Positions 1-9,575 of a stretch of DNA of 20,000 nucleotides are shown piece after piece (within the stretch, counting starts at the first letter, position 1; each line of letters starts with the position of its first letter). The notes below the pieces were generated by a model. It was not told the origin of the DNA. It was given only the letters and a program-made list of their open reading frames with translations, and ran no database searches. This DNA comes from an uncultured virus (IMG/VR IMGVR_UViG_3300025127_000021) (lineage: Duplodnaviria; Heunggongvirae; Uroviricota; Caudoviricetes), in IMG/VR virus record IMGVR_UViG_3300025127_000021; one strand, given 5' to 3'. A program made the translations under genes and the position numbers.

Positions 1-2
1 AT

Positions 3-3000
3 GAACTTCACGGTGAGTATCCTCAAATTTCCCACGACTATTTGAGTTGGCATAGTGATGAGTCTACCTCCTCGTATGCACCAAACGATGGGTATAAATC
101 AGGATACGGGGTAAAATGGCTTTTTGACCGAATACATCAAGGTCAAATGGACTATCACATGGAAGGGGCAATTAACCCAATTCAAGATGGCGCTTTCCCG
201 TCACAGTTCTCCGGCTGGACATCTTGGATACCCTCCCCAGAGGGTAGTACGGATATAAAAAAGGCTAAGTTTAATGTATACAGAGCCCACAAGTTAAAAG
301 GGCACTTTCCTGCATTAAGAAAGTGGAAGTATTGGATTGGCATTAATGCCGTCAATGGAACCAGTGCCTACCAAAATGTTAATATATATGGAGATCAACG
401 GAAAGGATGGAAAAATGGTATAACTGCCGCCTCATCCGTCGATCAATCGTTTCATGGTGCACATGATGGTGACCCCATCCGAGACCCTGAAACTACCCTC
501 AGCCCCACCACCGGTCTGCCGTTCAAAATGGACATTAATTTTCCTAGGAAAAACAATCTGGTGCACCAATTTTCTGGGGAGGTTTGTGAATATGACTCGG
601 TCGAATACAAAACAAATAACGTTGCGGGATTTGAATATCTTAATTTAATACCGGATGAATTTTTTTCCAGCTATCATAAATTAAGAGCACAGTGGCGGGT
701 GCACACCAACACCTACAGCCGAGGTTATCATTTTGGCTTTGATTCCACTGATAGGTTCGATAGCAGAATCCCAGACCCATCCGAAAGAAGTGCTAATTGC
801 CCAAAAAGCGTTACAAACAGTGTCACCTCTTTGACCACTTCCCCTCAGGGATATAAATTTGGACCTGCTACTCACCATGGCCCGGCAGTCGTGCCAAATA
901 CAAAGTTTAGGTTACCAAAATTTGATGAACCATTGTACCCAACTAGTTACAAAACTCAATATCCAATGACTATGGTCAGTGATGGTTATGGAAACTACGT
1001 AGCTTTTTTGTTCATAAGAGATGACAATGATCAAACCCAAACAGTTAAAAAATGGCAAGGCTTTGGGGGCAACAATATGCATTACGATGATCAAACCGGT
1101 GGTAGCTCTCGTGAACAAAGAAACTATTTTATACCAGTATTTAGAGATAAAAGCCATGGACAATTGAATGGCGGCAACGACCCCGATGAATTTATGCCAT
1201 CAAGAATTAGAACAACTCCATGGGGTGTATCTGTATTTACGGATGAAAACCTAACTGGATACGGAAAAGTCCCAAAAGCCACCGACACCCTCGGTTGGCA
1301 TGCAGACTCAGCAGTTGCTGAAAGCTCTGATGATATATATTGGGGAATCAACATGGGTAAACCAGTTTTTATGCAAAACAGCTTTGTCCAGCTTGTGGGC
1401 CGAAAACAAAAAGCATGGGAAAAAGTTTATGAGGACAACCCCGGTACTCAACCATATCACCCTGATAGTGATTTTATTACTGAAGTTAATAAACCTGACC
1501 TCAACGCCAACCTCGGCGACGGAATACAACACACTTTTACGTCGAAAGGGAATGTTGACAGGGGCGATCTGGGAACGCCTGCAAAGCATTCAAACACCAT
1601 GAAACAAGGAGTGTTTCATCCGCTGAAACCACCTATAGTTGTTATTCGTGTACCTAAGAGAAACGGAGACAGAGCCCAGTTTGGGAGCACTACCGAATGG
1701 TCAAGCTACTATGCTGCAAAGTATATGGCAGAAGCAATCAACGATATAAAAAACTACTGGACGGACCCAACAGGAAAATACAAACATATTAGCCCGTTGT
1801 ATAAGGCTTTTTCTGATTCTGGTATTATACCCAATAATGGTATTATATCTGCTACCCCATATACCAGCCAAGAGCCTAGTTGGTATAACAACGGCTCCAA
1901 TCAAAAGTGGGACGTATCGGCTACATTCTCACAAGACTCTGATAGTCCCGCGCAGCCAATAACTCCCCCCGGCATTCCGCATCCATTTTCAAGATTGGTT
2001 ATAACTAGAAAACCGCCAACTGGCATTGCCGATTACGATGATAGATATTGGAGATACATTATCAATTGGAATACTGGAATAGGAATAAGTAGAAGATCTA
2101 GTGTCAATCAGTATGAAACCACAGAAGAAGTTGGCCGTAGTATATCTGACACTAATCCAAATTACACGTTAACCACTTTTGACTTATTGGAGATGGATGA
2201 TTTTCGAGAAAACAGACTGGGGACAAGTGGCTCCCCTATGGTGGCCCATGGGAGCTATACATATCACAGTACTAATTTAAGCTGGAGTGATCTTTCTGAT
2301 GCATCCATAAACCTCAACGCTTTATCATCACCTTCAGCCAATGCTGAAAGTAAATATTGCAAAATACAACCTATGCTAACTCCCATGTTTGCTCCGGGGG
2401 TTCTATTTAACACAATTAAATCTGGTGTAGCGTGTGATTATCCTCTTATGACAGATAGGATTAATAGGGTTTTGGCCGCTGTAACTGGTTCTGAAGGTGC
2501 TGTGTCTTTCTGGATGATTGGTTCTCGTTCCATCGCTACTTCATCTTTTGTTGGAACTACTGATTATTTTGCGTCCACACAAGGTGACCTAGTTCAGAAA
2601 CCGGATGTAAATAATAGTAACAACCCAATTTCGGCCGAAATAGATGATTCCTTTTTTCAAACCGCTAGCGCCAATTTTGATCTTGCTAAAACAATTTTTG
2701 ACACTTTGCCTCTTAAGAGAAATTCAACCACAGGAAACTTTAGAGGGTTTGATTTGAGGATACCTTTTGAGGCCCTCGTTGAACCAGAGAACTACTTGGC
2801 CAATCGAAGGATGATTAATCAGGAACCAGATAATTTCTTGTATTTTGATAAACATCTTCGTCTCAATTACGAAACCAGATGGGACGGACAAGGTGACCAA
2901 ATATATAAGAAAATGGCTCACAATTTCCTAGCAGAAGTTCCAGAATTCTTTTTGCTAGACGGTAACTTTAAATCAATAAGATCTTTAGAACAAGGTAACG

Positions 3001-5264
3001 CTAACTTTGGAAATGTAGATGGGTTTTATGCTCAAGCATCTGCTACCAGCAGAACTCCATATTGCTACAAGATGCGTGTAAAGATGTACAAATCTTTGGA
3101 TAAGACTGCAAATACAATATGGTCCAACGGAACTAGAGTTAAACCTCCGCAAGTTTATCTGCCAGACAATGCACCAGTAAACCCTAGAGAGACTATAACG
3201 ATGTACTCAAGGCCTTCTGCCTTTGGTCCACCCTCTTGGGATGGTGATTTCCGAGCCGAATGGGTAGGAAGTTTACAGACGATAACAGGATCTGATAATC
3301 GTTTTGGTTATAATTTCCCATTTACTCCGCCATATTATCACGGTGAAGCTTGGGCAGACATCACATTTAAACCAGATAAAATAAGAAAATACACTTTGTC
3401 TGAAATTATTGCTTCGTCATCTGTCGAGTATTATAGATATTGGCACCCCAACGCCAACACTTCTATAGAAGCTAGACAAGCGGATAGTGGCATTCACTTT
3501 GCCCAATGGACAGGTTCCTTGTTGAATAAAACCTCAACTAGTGACAATTTTTACGCACCACAGCATCCATTGTTTGTTAACGACAACGCAATGCAGCTTG
3601 AAGCTAGTCTTAATCTGTTCGGCAGGACACTGGAGGACCCTATACAGCCCAAGTCGCAATCCGGTATGGCAAATATTTTACGTCCAAACATAATAGTAGA
3701 CACAATTGAGCAAAACAAAGCAAGGTGGGTTATCCAACCAAAATTTGAAACCCCCATCTTGAATTTTACAACTGTTTTGAGTCAATCGCAACATATAACA
3801 GGAATCGAAATTGACTCAACGCTTGTGAACTCTCTTCCGCTTCAAGTCACCCTAGGCTCCAAGAGGGTGATCAATATATATGATGGCGGTCTACATCACA
3901 CTATATTTTATGATTATGGTTCTGTCCTTGATGTTCCAGACCCCAGCGTTTCTGCGAACTTAATTAGAGTGTCTGTCGACCTTTTTGCAAACGCTGAGAT
4001 CGTTAGAGATCAAACCATACTAGCTATAAATGCTAGCAGTAGTTTACAGGTCAGCCCACTTGGCCAGACTGGGATGGTAATAACTTCTAGTGCCGGCGGC
4101 ATCATGCCAAATGCCAGCATCGACGCTAGTGCCTCCCCAACGTTTGCTAGTAAGTTTACAATAACAACGCTTCAAACAGGCTCAATCCATACAGACGCCC
4201 CAGTTGCTCATCACTCCCCAGCAGCGACTACTGTTGGTATGTGGCACCAATATGGCGTTGTTCCAACAGGCTCTCAAGGAATATTCATGCAGATTGAGGA
4301 CGTTCCAAAAACATGGATGAAGGGTGCCTTAGGTGTTCATACAGCCAGATCGCAACAAACAGCATCTTTGGCTGACTTGGTAGGGTTTCCAAAAACATCA
4401 CAAAGACTTGGGGAGTTGGCCAGCACTAAGAAGGTCTATGAAGCTGTCGTTGCCATTCCTTTCATAGAAGAGTCTAACGAAAGAAAATTCTTTGAAATAC
4501 CTCGAAGGGATATTGATAACGCTCTAGATCCGTCTCCTGAGGTTAGAACTGTTGGTAATTCCATACGTTCTATGGTTGACAAGATGGGCAGGTATGTATT
4601 CCCACCTTCGATGGACTTTTTGAGAAATCGCGATATTACACCATTTGCTATGTATATCTTTGAATTTAGTCATGTATTTACCAAGCAGGACCTTACGGAT
4701 ATATGGCAGAATATTGCGCCAAAAATTGGTGTTGCACATCAAGCTGCAACAGCGACAATAACACATGAGCTTTTGTCATCCGAGTTGATCGGTGGTGGAA
4801 GTTCTGCGGAAGACCCAACCCGCGAGGCCAAAAAGAATAGAGACAAAGGGATTCCATTCCCAGATAAAATAAGATGGATGGTGTTCAAGGTCAAACAAAG
4901 AGCAAAGACAAATTACTATGACAAAGTTATTCAGAAAAGAGGTATCAAAGAAGAAGAAGAGGCTCGTGAATTAACAAGAGTTAGTTTCAACTGGCCTTAC
5001 GATTACTTTTCGTTAGTTGAACTAGTTAAGCTAGATGCCTCGGTTGTGCTGGCAGAAATAGAGGACCCACCAGTGTCTCCAAATGATGACTCAAATAGAA
5101 GTATTATGCCCAAGATTACACGATTAAATACGCCTCGCAGCTTAATGAAATCTATGGCAAAGATTACACCCAATGATACAAAAGAAAGATCAGAGATTTT
5201 GAAAGCCATGAAGAGCGCCATCACCGGTGGGTTTAAATTTAATTTTGTCAAAGATGGCGATTAG
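3..5264 (+). CDS. Very large putative virion structural protein (tail/baseplate region), 5'-partial, >1750 aa
   Basis: Frame is open from base 3 (gaa ctt cac ggt gag tat... = ELHGEYPQISHDYLSW), so the TTG at 42 is probably not the true start; ends TAG at 5264. Gly/Ser/Thr/Asn/aromatic-rich; C-terminal half has well-formed blocks (FAPGVLFNTIKSG, MYSRPSAFGPP, TPPYYHGEAW, KFETPILNF, GMWHQYG, NWPYDYFSLVEL). Structural role is inferred from size, composition and neighbours only. Confidence 0.6.
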   Translation, partial: ELHGEYPQISHDYLSWHSDESTSSYAPNDGYKSGYGVKWLFDRIHQGQMDYHMEGAINPIQDGAFPSQFSGWTSWIPSPEGSTDIKKAKFNVYRAHKLKGHFPALRKWKYWIGINAVNGTSAYQNVNIYGDQRKGWKNGITAASSVDQSFHGAHDGDPIRDPETTLSPTTGLPFKMDINFPRKNNLVHQFSGEVCEYDSVEYKTNNVAGFEYLNLIPDEFFSSYHKLRAQWRVHTNTYSRGYHFGFDSTDRFDSRIPDPSERSANCPKSVTNSVTSLTTSPQGYKFGPATHHGPAVVPNTKFRLPKFDEPLYPTSYKTQYPMTMVSDGYGNYVAFLFIRDDNDQTQTVKKWQGFGGNNMHYDDQTGGSSREQRNYFIPVFRDKSHGQLNGGNDPDEFMPSRIRTTPWGVSVFTDENLTGYGKVPKATDTLGWHADSAVAESSDDIYWGINMGKPVFMQNSFVQLVGRKQKAWEKVYEDNPGTQPYHPDSDFITEVNKPDLNANLGDGIQHTFTSKGNVDRGDLGTPAKHSNTMKQGVFHPLKPPIVVIRVPKRNGDRAQFGSTTEWSSYYAAKYMAEAINDIKNYWTDPTGKYKHISPLYKAFSDSGIIPNNGIISATPYTSQEPSWYNNGSNQKWDVSATFSQDSDSPAQPITPPGIPHPFSRLVITRKPPTGIADYDDRYWRYIINWNTGIGISRRSSVNQYETTEEVGRSISDTNPNYTLTTFDLLEMDDFRENRLGTSGSPMVAHGSYTYHSTNLSWSDLSDASINLNALSSPSANAESKYCKIQPMLTPMFAPGVLFNTIKSGVACDYPLMTDRINRVLAAVTGSEGAVSFWMIGSRSIATSSFVGTTDYFASTQGDLVQKPDVNNSNNPISAEIDDSFFQTASANFDLAKTIFDTLPLKRNSTTGNFRGFDLRIPFEALVEPENYLANRRMINQEPDNFLYFDKHLRLNYETRWDGQGDQIYKKMAHNFLAEVPEFFLLDGNFKSIRSLEQGNANFGNVDGFYAQASATSRTPYCYKMRVKMYKSLDKTANTIWSNGTRVKPPQVYLPDNAPVNPRETITMYSRPSAFGPPSWDGDFRAEWVGSLQTITGSDNRFGYNFPFTPPYYHGEAWADITFKPDKIRKYTLSEIIASSSVEYYRYWHPNANTSIEARQADSGIHFAQWTGSLLNKTSTSDNFYAPQHPLFVNDNAMQLEASLNLFGRTLEDPIQPKSQSGMANILRPNIIVDTIEQNKARWVIQPKFETPILNFTTVLSQSQHITGIEIDSTLVNSLPLQVTLGSKRVINIYDGGLHHTIFYDYGSVLDVPDPSVSANLIRVSVDLFANAEIVRDQTILAINASSSLQVSPLGQTGMVITSSAGGIMPNASIDASASPTFASKFTITTLQTGSIHTDAPVAHHSPAATTVGMWHQYGVVPTGSQGIFMQIEDVPKTWMKGALGVHTARSQQTASLADLVGFPKTSQRLGELASTKKVYEAVVAIPFIEESNERKFFEIPRRDIDNALDPSPEVRTVGNSIRSMVDKMGRYVFPPSMDFLRNRDITPFAMYIFEFSHVFTKQDLTDIWQNIAPKIGVAHQAATATITHELLSSELIGGGSSAEDPTREAKKNRDKGIPFPDKIRWMVFKVKQRAKTNYYDKVIQKRGIKEEEEARELTRVSFNWPYDYFSLVELVKLDASVVLAEIEDPPVSPNDDSNRSIMPKITRLNTPRSLMKSMAKITPNDTKERSEILKAMKSAITGGFKFNFVKDGD

Positions 5265-5280
5265 GTGTGAGGTTTAGAAT

Positions 5281-6387
5281 ATGGAATTTTTCAATGATAA
5301 GGAAGAGGTTATACACTTTGAGTTGACAAGTTACGGTCGACACTTGTTATCTTTAGGCAGGCTTAAGCCTGAGTATTATGCTTTTTATGACGATGATGTG
5401 CTATATGATTTAGCCCACCAAAACGACGCATCTGGCAATCCTGTTTCAGAAACCCAAGGTGCAATCAAAAAAAGAATCTTAGAAGAAACTCCCTACCTCA
5501 AGGCACAATCAAATTATTTTGGACTGGATAAAAAAATCTTGGGTGAAGAAACATATTTAAATTTTGAACAAATAAGGTACCCAAGTTCACAAGAAAAGAT
5601 AAATTCTTTGAACTATCCTTTGGCCTCTTCGAACGCTTTTAGTGATGGCCGAGGTCCTTCTTGGGAATTAACTTATTTGCATGGAACAACATTAAAAGAT
5701 ACAACTTCAAATGTTAGCAAATATTTGGAGAGCAAAGAGCAGTTTACAAACCCATCCGGTCCAAACTACAATGCTGACGCTCGTTTGTCCGGATCTTTAC
5801 CCTATAAGAATATCCCGCAGCTAGAGATGATACTTGAGCATGAGCTATCGGTAAGAAATGTTCACACAGATGAAGAAGAGTATGTTTTGGAGTCTAGCCC
5901 TAACTTACCAGTATCAGAGGTTAAAGCAGATGGTAGTTATATTGCTGTTAAGGAGCAGCAAATATTAATACATTTTCTAGAAAAGCATGGTTTTAGCCAC
6001 AAAGATTCTTTTACCGTTGAGGTTTTTTTGTATGATGATGTCTTGCATGACAAATTCATGCCTTTAGAATTTGAAAAAAGAAACATGAACATGATTAACC
6101 CCGAGTATGAATATGAAGAAGAAGACGAAGCAGTGGGTGACTCTCCACCACTAGAAGAGTATGAAGAGTTGTTGGGCATATCATCTTCAAAATATGTTGA
6201 ATATTATTTTGACTTGAGGATTGATCGAGATGTTCCCGAGGATGACGTTTGTACAGGAATTCAAAAATTAAAAAAACAAGAGATATTCTTAGATTTGGAC
6301 TATGGATGTTTGGAAAGAGAACAAACCAAGGATATAAACATATACAATACGGGTATAGGTGAAGATGACATTGAGGACTGTGAATAA
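5281..6387 (+). CDS. Putative virion structural protein (368 aa); N-terminus paralogous to 11648..12607
   Basis: GAGG RBS at 5269-5272. N-terminus ELTSYGRHLLSLGRLKPEYYAFYDDDVLYD aligns by eye with VLTDHGRKLLAEGDGSFEITQFALADDEIDY. Acidic C-terminal third. Stop overlaps the next start (TAATG). Confidence 0.6.
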   Translation: MEFFNDKEEVIHFELTSYGRHLLSLGRLKPEYYAFYDDDVLYDLAHQNDASGNPVSETQGAIKKRILEETPYLKAQSNYFGLDKKILGEETYLNFEQIRYPSSQEKINSLNYPLASSNAFSDGRGPSWELTYLHGTTLKDTTSNVSKYLESKEQFTNPSGPNYNADARLSGSLPYKNIPQLEMILEHELSVRNVHTDEEEYVLESSPNLPVSEVKADGSYIAVKEQQILIHFLEKHGFSHKDSFTVEVFLYDDVLHDKFMPLEFEKRNMNMINPEYEYEEEDEAVGDSPPLEEYEELLGISSSKYVEYYFDLRIDRDVPEDDVCTGIQKLKKQEIFLDLDYGCLEREQTKDINIYNTGIGEDDIEDCE

Positions 6388-9300
6388 TGAGTGGTGTTGT
6401 AGGTAACGAAAATCTGCCAAATGCTTATATCAAAAAAATAAGCATTTACAATTCTGATACAGATAGTAAAAAAATTGTTTTGTTAGACCTTTGTGTCAAA
6501 GACGTAAAAAATCTTGATGGCTCTTGGGGCTGGTTTGATGATAAAATATTAAGAGACAACATGTCAATAATTTGCGTCTTATGTTACAATCCACAAATCA
6601 TTAATTCTATAACCAGAGGAGAACTTACCTTAAGTCCAAAAGAGATAGTTAATCATCCAAGTTTTGTTTCTGGCGATGCGGTGTTCAAAAGAGTTCCTAT
6701 TAAGTTAAAAAAGTTTAAAAAAAATGAAACTCCCGGTCTACATTCTTTAAATTATCGCTTGAAATATACTTTAGATTCTGAGTCTTACACAAGAAACACA
6801 GGCAATGCTGCGGTGTTTGTGGCTTCTTTTGTTGATTTTCAACAAATGACTTCTAAAATTGGAGCGACTGTCCCAAGAGATTATTCCACATTTCACGGAC
6901 CAATACAATCAGATTACATATATAGATCTGGAAAGATGTTAGAAGAAGCCCAAGTTTTGATTGGACCAGATGGCATGATATATTCTGGCCCAACCCATTC
7001 GCATGAGGGGCAAATCATGGCTGGATCAAAACATGGAAATATTCCCCATCCACTTCTTTCGTCCGAAAAGGTTACAAATTTAAAAATAAAAGATTTCACC
7101 AAATACGCAGGCCCATCAGACCCTGAGCTTAAAAATAAGAAATTTGTTGAGAATTATTTTTCAAATCTTTATTACAGCACGAATAGAAACAAAAAAGTTA
7201 ACTCTTTTTTCTTTTTAAATATGTCTAGCATTCTGCTTACAAGGAGTAGATTTGGAAAAGAGATAGCAAAATACTCACCAGAAATTTTTTCTGAAATTTT
7301 AAATCATACAAAAGTTTCAAATATGATTGTCAAAAGAATCCAATTTTACCCAAAGAGAGCAAAAAAAGGACTGTCAAGTTTTGCTGGAATCAGCAAAGTG
7401 TATAAATCAGATGAAGTTATAAATACAGGCGACTACCCAGATCAGTCAGGAATCAAACCAAGGATGAGATTGAGAAAAAGAAAATCTCAAGGAGCCCCCG
7501 AGCAAATAGAGGTACCAATGGGCAAGATAGACATTGCAAACAGTACAATTGCTATGATAACTGGTGGCACTGATTCCGAAAAAAACGTTCCACTGGATGA
7601 ATACAAAATGATTTTTGACATAAGCGAACTAGAAGCTTCTGTTAACCCATCGTCCCCTGATGCTAGCGGTTTAAGTGTAAGGGGTTTTAAGATGACAGAC
7701 CACGATATTTCTTTGAACGATGATTCGTACAGCACTTATATGGTAGACGTTAAAATAATTGACCCAACAATAGTGTATATTAACAATGTTATATCTCAAA
7801 TGGAAACTGATATAGCATCAATAAGCGAATATATATACCGCCTTACTTCTTCTAGTAAGTATTATGACTACGACATGGAGGCCGTTAGACAAGATGTTGA
7901 AGACATAGCCTCAATAGTTCAATTGATACCAGATGAAGTAACGGCCAGATACGTTAAATATGTTACTTTAGTTTCTATTTTGGATGACATGGATATCCAA
8001 CAGGCTATAAAAAAGATGAACTCTTATATAAAGATCGAGTCGCTCAGTAGAAAATCAGCCATGGAGTATCTTAGAAAATATAAAAACCTATATCATTCTT
8101 TAAAAAGAAGATACCAGATTAAGAAAAGAAGATATAATGCTCGATATAGCAGGAATCAAAAAATATATCAAACAAAAACTTCTGCAACTATATCCATATC
8201 CAACACTTTTCCCGAGGCTATGAATTTTAAAAATTATGAATATTCTTTTAGTTATCATGACGGCGCTAGAGGAAATCTTGATCATGGTCTGTATACCCTG
8301 ACTGATAGCGAGTTTCTGTCTAGGGCATCATCTGAGGTAGATAAACATGGAAATTTTGTCTTAGACCAAAATGCTATGAAAAATTCAACAGAAGATGAAA
8401 AGCGAGCTTTGCTGGATGTAATTTCTTATTCTAGAACTTTTGTTACACCGACAGAGATTCATACACCAGAAGAGAACATAAAAATTGACAAACCAATGAG
8501 GACACCTATACCAAGTATAGGAAAAATCTTTGGCCGCTTTTCCCCAGCCCCAACACGTATGAATCAAAAAATGAGCATGCTTAAGCCAAGAGTAATAATG
8601 CAAAATAATTTAGGAAACAATAACAAACTTTTTGTGTTGTCTAGACCTGCATTTAATAAATATACATTTAAAACCTCTTTGAGGCAAAAGGTTTCTAAGG
8701 AAAAAGATATTGACTTTTTGGATTCTCGTGATTATTTGGGCGATACCTCTCCTTTTGTAACAGAAGGTTTAAAAGACAAGACGTTGAAGCCAACGATATT
8801 TAAGCCGGCAATTGCTGAAAAATTGAATCAAAAAGTTAAGATTAATTTCAATTTTAAGTTTGGTAAGATTAAAGATGTTTCTATGAAAAAATTCAACCTT
8901 AGATCTGAAGATAACTTTTTAGCAGCTAGAAAAAATATGAAGCCCATGGATTTGACAAAGATGAGAAAAATACCCTATTCGATAAAAACTTTAATAAGGC
9001 CGGTTCCCATGGGTGAAGAAGTTGATGTGATAAAACTACCAGAAACATCAGCTTATATGAGAGTAAAACATTTCTCAATTCAAAAAATAAAATACCTTCA
9101 TGGTTTCGTGACCGATATGGATGGCAATGCAATGATAAAAAGACCTTTGTGGAGTGATATCGATAATGAAAAATATTCATCATTGGTTGGAAGTTTTGTT
9201 TGCATGTTTGAAGAATTTTCCGATGACTCATTGGGAATAACTCCAGCCGAACATATGAGGTTGAATGTTCATGATGGTATTTTTATGGTAACAAAAGAAT

Positions 9301-9575
9301 CAAACCAATTTGCAAATCCAATCACAACCCCGAGCATGTCAGTGGCACAAATATCTCAGACACCAGAATACACAACAACAAATATAGTTTTGCAACCTAG
9401 AAAAAGAGATGCTATAAATGATAAATATCAATATATTGTAGAAAGAAACCCTTTAACAACCACAGCCCCAATGATAACAACTACAACAGCCCAAACCCCA
9501 ACAGCCGCACCAGCAATGCCCACACAACAAACTAGCAACATGATGAATCAAGGGGGACAGTCCAGTGGTTATTAA
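6387..9575 (+). CDS. Large hypothetical phage protein (1062 aa), probably virion-associated
   Basis: Long ORF coupled to the upstream gene by TAATG. Lys-rich, with a His cluster (YSGPTHSHEGQIMAGSKHGNIPHP) and a Thr/Pro/Gln-rich C-terminal tail. No family recognised. Confidence 0.55.
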   Translation: MSGVVGNENLPNAYIKKISIYNSDTDSKKIVLLDLCVKDVKNLDGSWGWFDDKILRDNMSIICVLCYNPQIINSITRGELTLSPKEIVNHPSFVSGDAVFKRVPIKLKKFKKNETPGLHSLNYRLKYTLDSESYTRNTGNAAVFVASFVDFQQMTSKIGATVPRDYSTFHGPIQSDYIYRSGKMLEEAQVLIGPDGMIYSGPTHSHEGQIMAGSKHGNIPHPLLSSEKVTNLKIKDFTKYAGPSDPELKNKKFVENYFSNLYYSTNRNKKVNSFFFLNMSSILLTRSRFGKEIAKYSPEIFSEILNHTKVSNMIVKRIQFYPKRAKKGLSSFAGISKVYKSDEVINTGDYPDQSGIKPRMRLRKRKSQGAPEQIEVPMGKIDIANSTIAMITGGTDSEKNVPLDEYKMIFDISELEASVNPSSPDASGLSVRGFKMTDHDISLNDDSYSTYMVDVKIIDPTIVYINNVISQMETDIASISEYIYRLTSSSKYYDYDMEAVRQDVEDIASIVQLIPDEVTARYVKYVTLVSILDDMDIQQAIKKMNSYIKIESLSRKSAMEYLRKYKNLYHSLKRRYQIKKRRYNARYSRNQKIYQTKTSATISISNTFPEAMNFKNYEYSFSYHDGARGNLDHGLYTLTDSEFLSRASSEVDKHGNFVLDQNAMKNSTEDEKRALLDVISYSRTFVTPTEIHTPEENIKIDKPMRTPIPSIGKIFGRFSPAPTRMNQKMSMLKPRVIMQNNLGNNNKLFVLSRPAFNKYTFKTSLRQKVSKEKDIDFLDSRDYLGDTSPFVTEGLKDKTLKPTIFKPAIAEKLNQKVKINFNFKFGKIKDVSMKKFNLRSEDNFLAARKNMKPMDLTKMRKIPYSIKTLIRPVPMGEEVDVIKLPETSAYMRVKHFSIQKIKYLHGFVTDMDGNAMIKRPLWSDIDNEKYSSLVGSFVCMFEEFSDDSLGITPAEHMRLNVHDGIFMVTKESNQFANPITTPSMSVAQISQTPEYTTTNIVLQPRKRDAINDKYQYIVERNPLTTTAPMITTTTAQTPTAAPAMPTQQTSNMMNQGGQSSGY

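Noticed and set aside
42..44. TTG start assigned to the first ORF by the track
   Set aside because: The frame is open to the window edge with no RBS before 42; the gene most likely starts upstream of the window.
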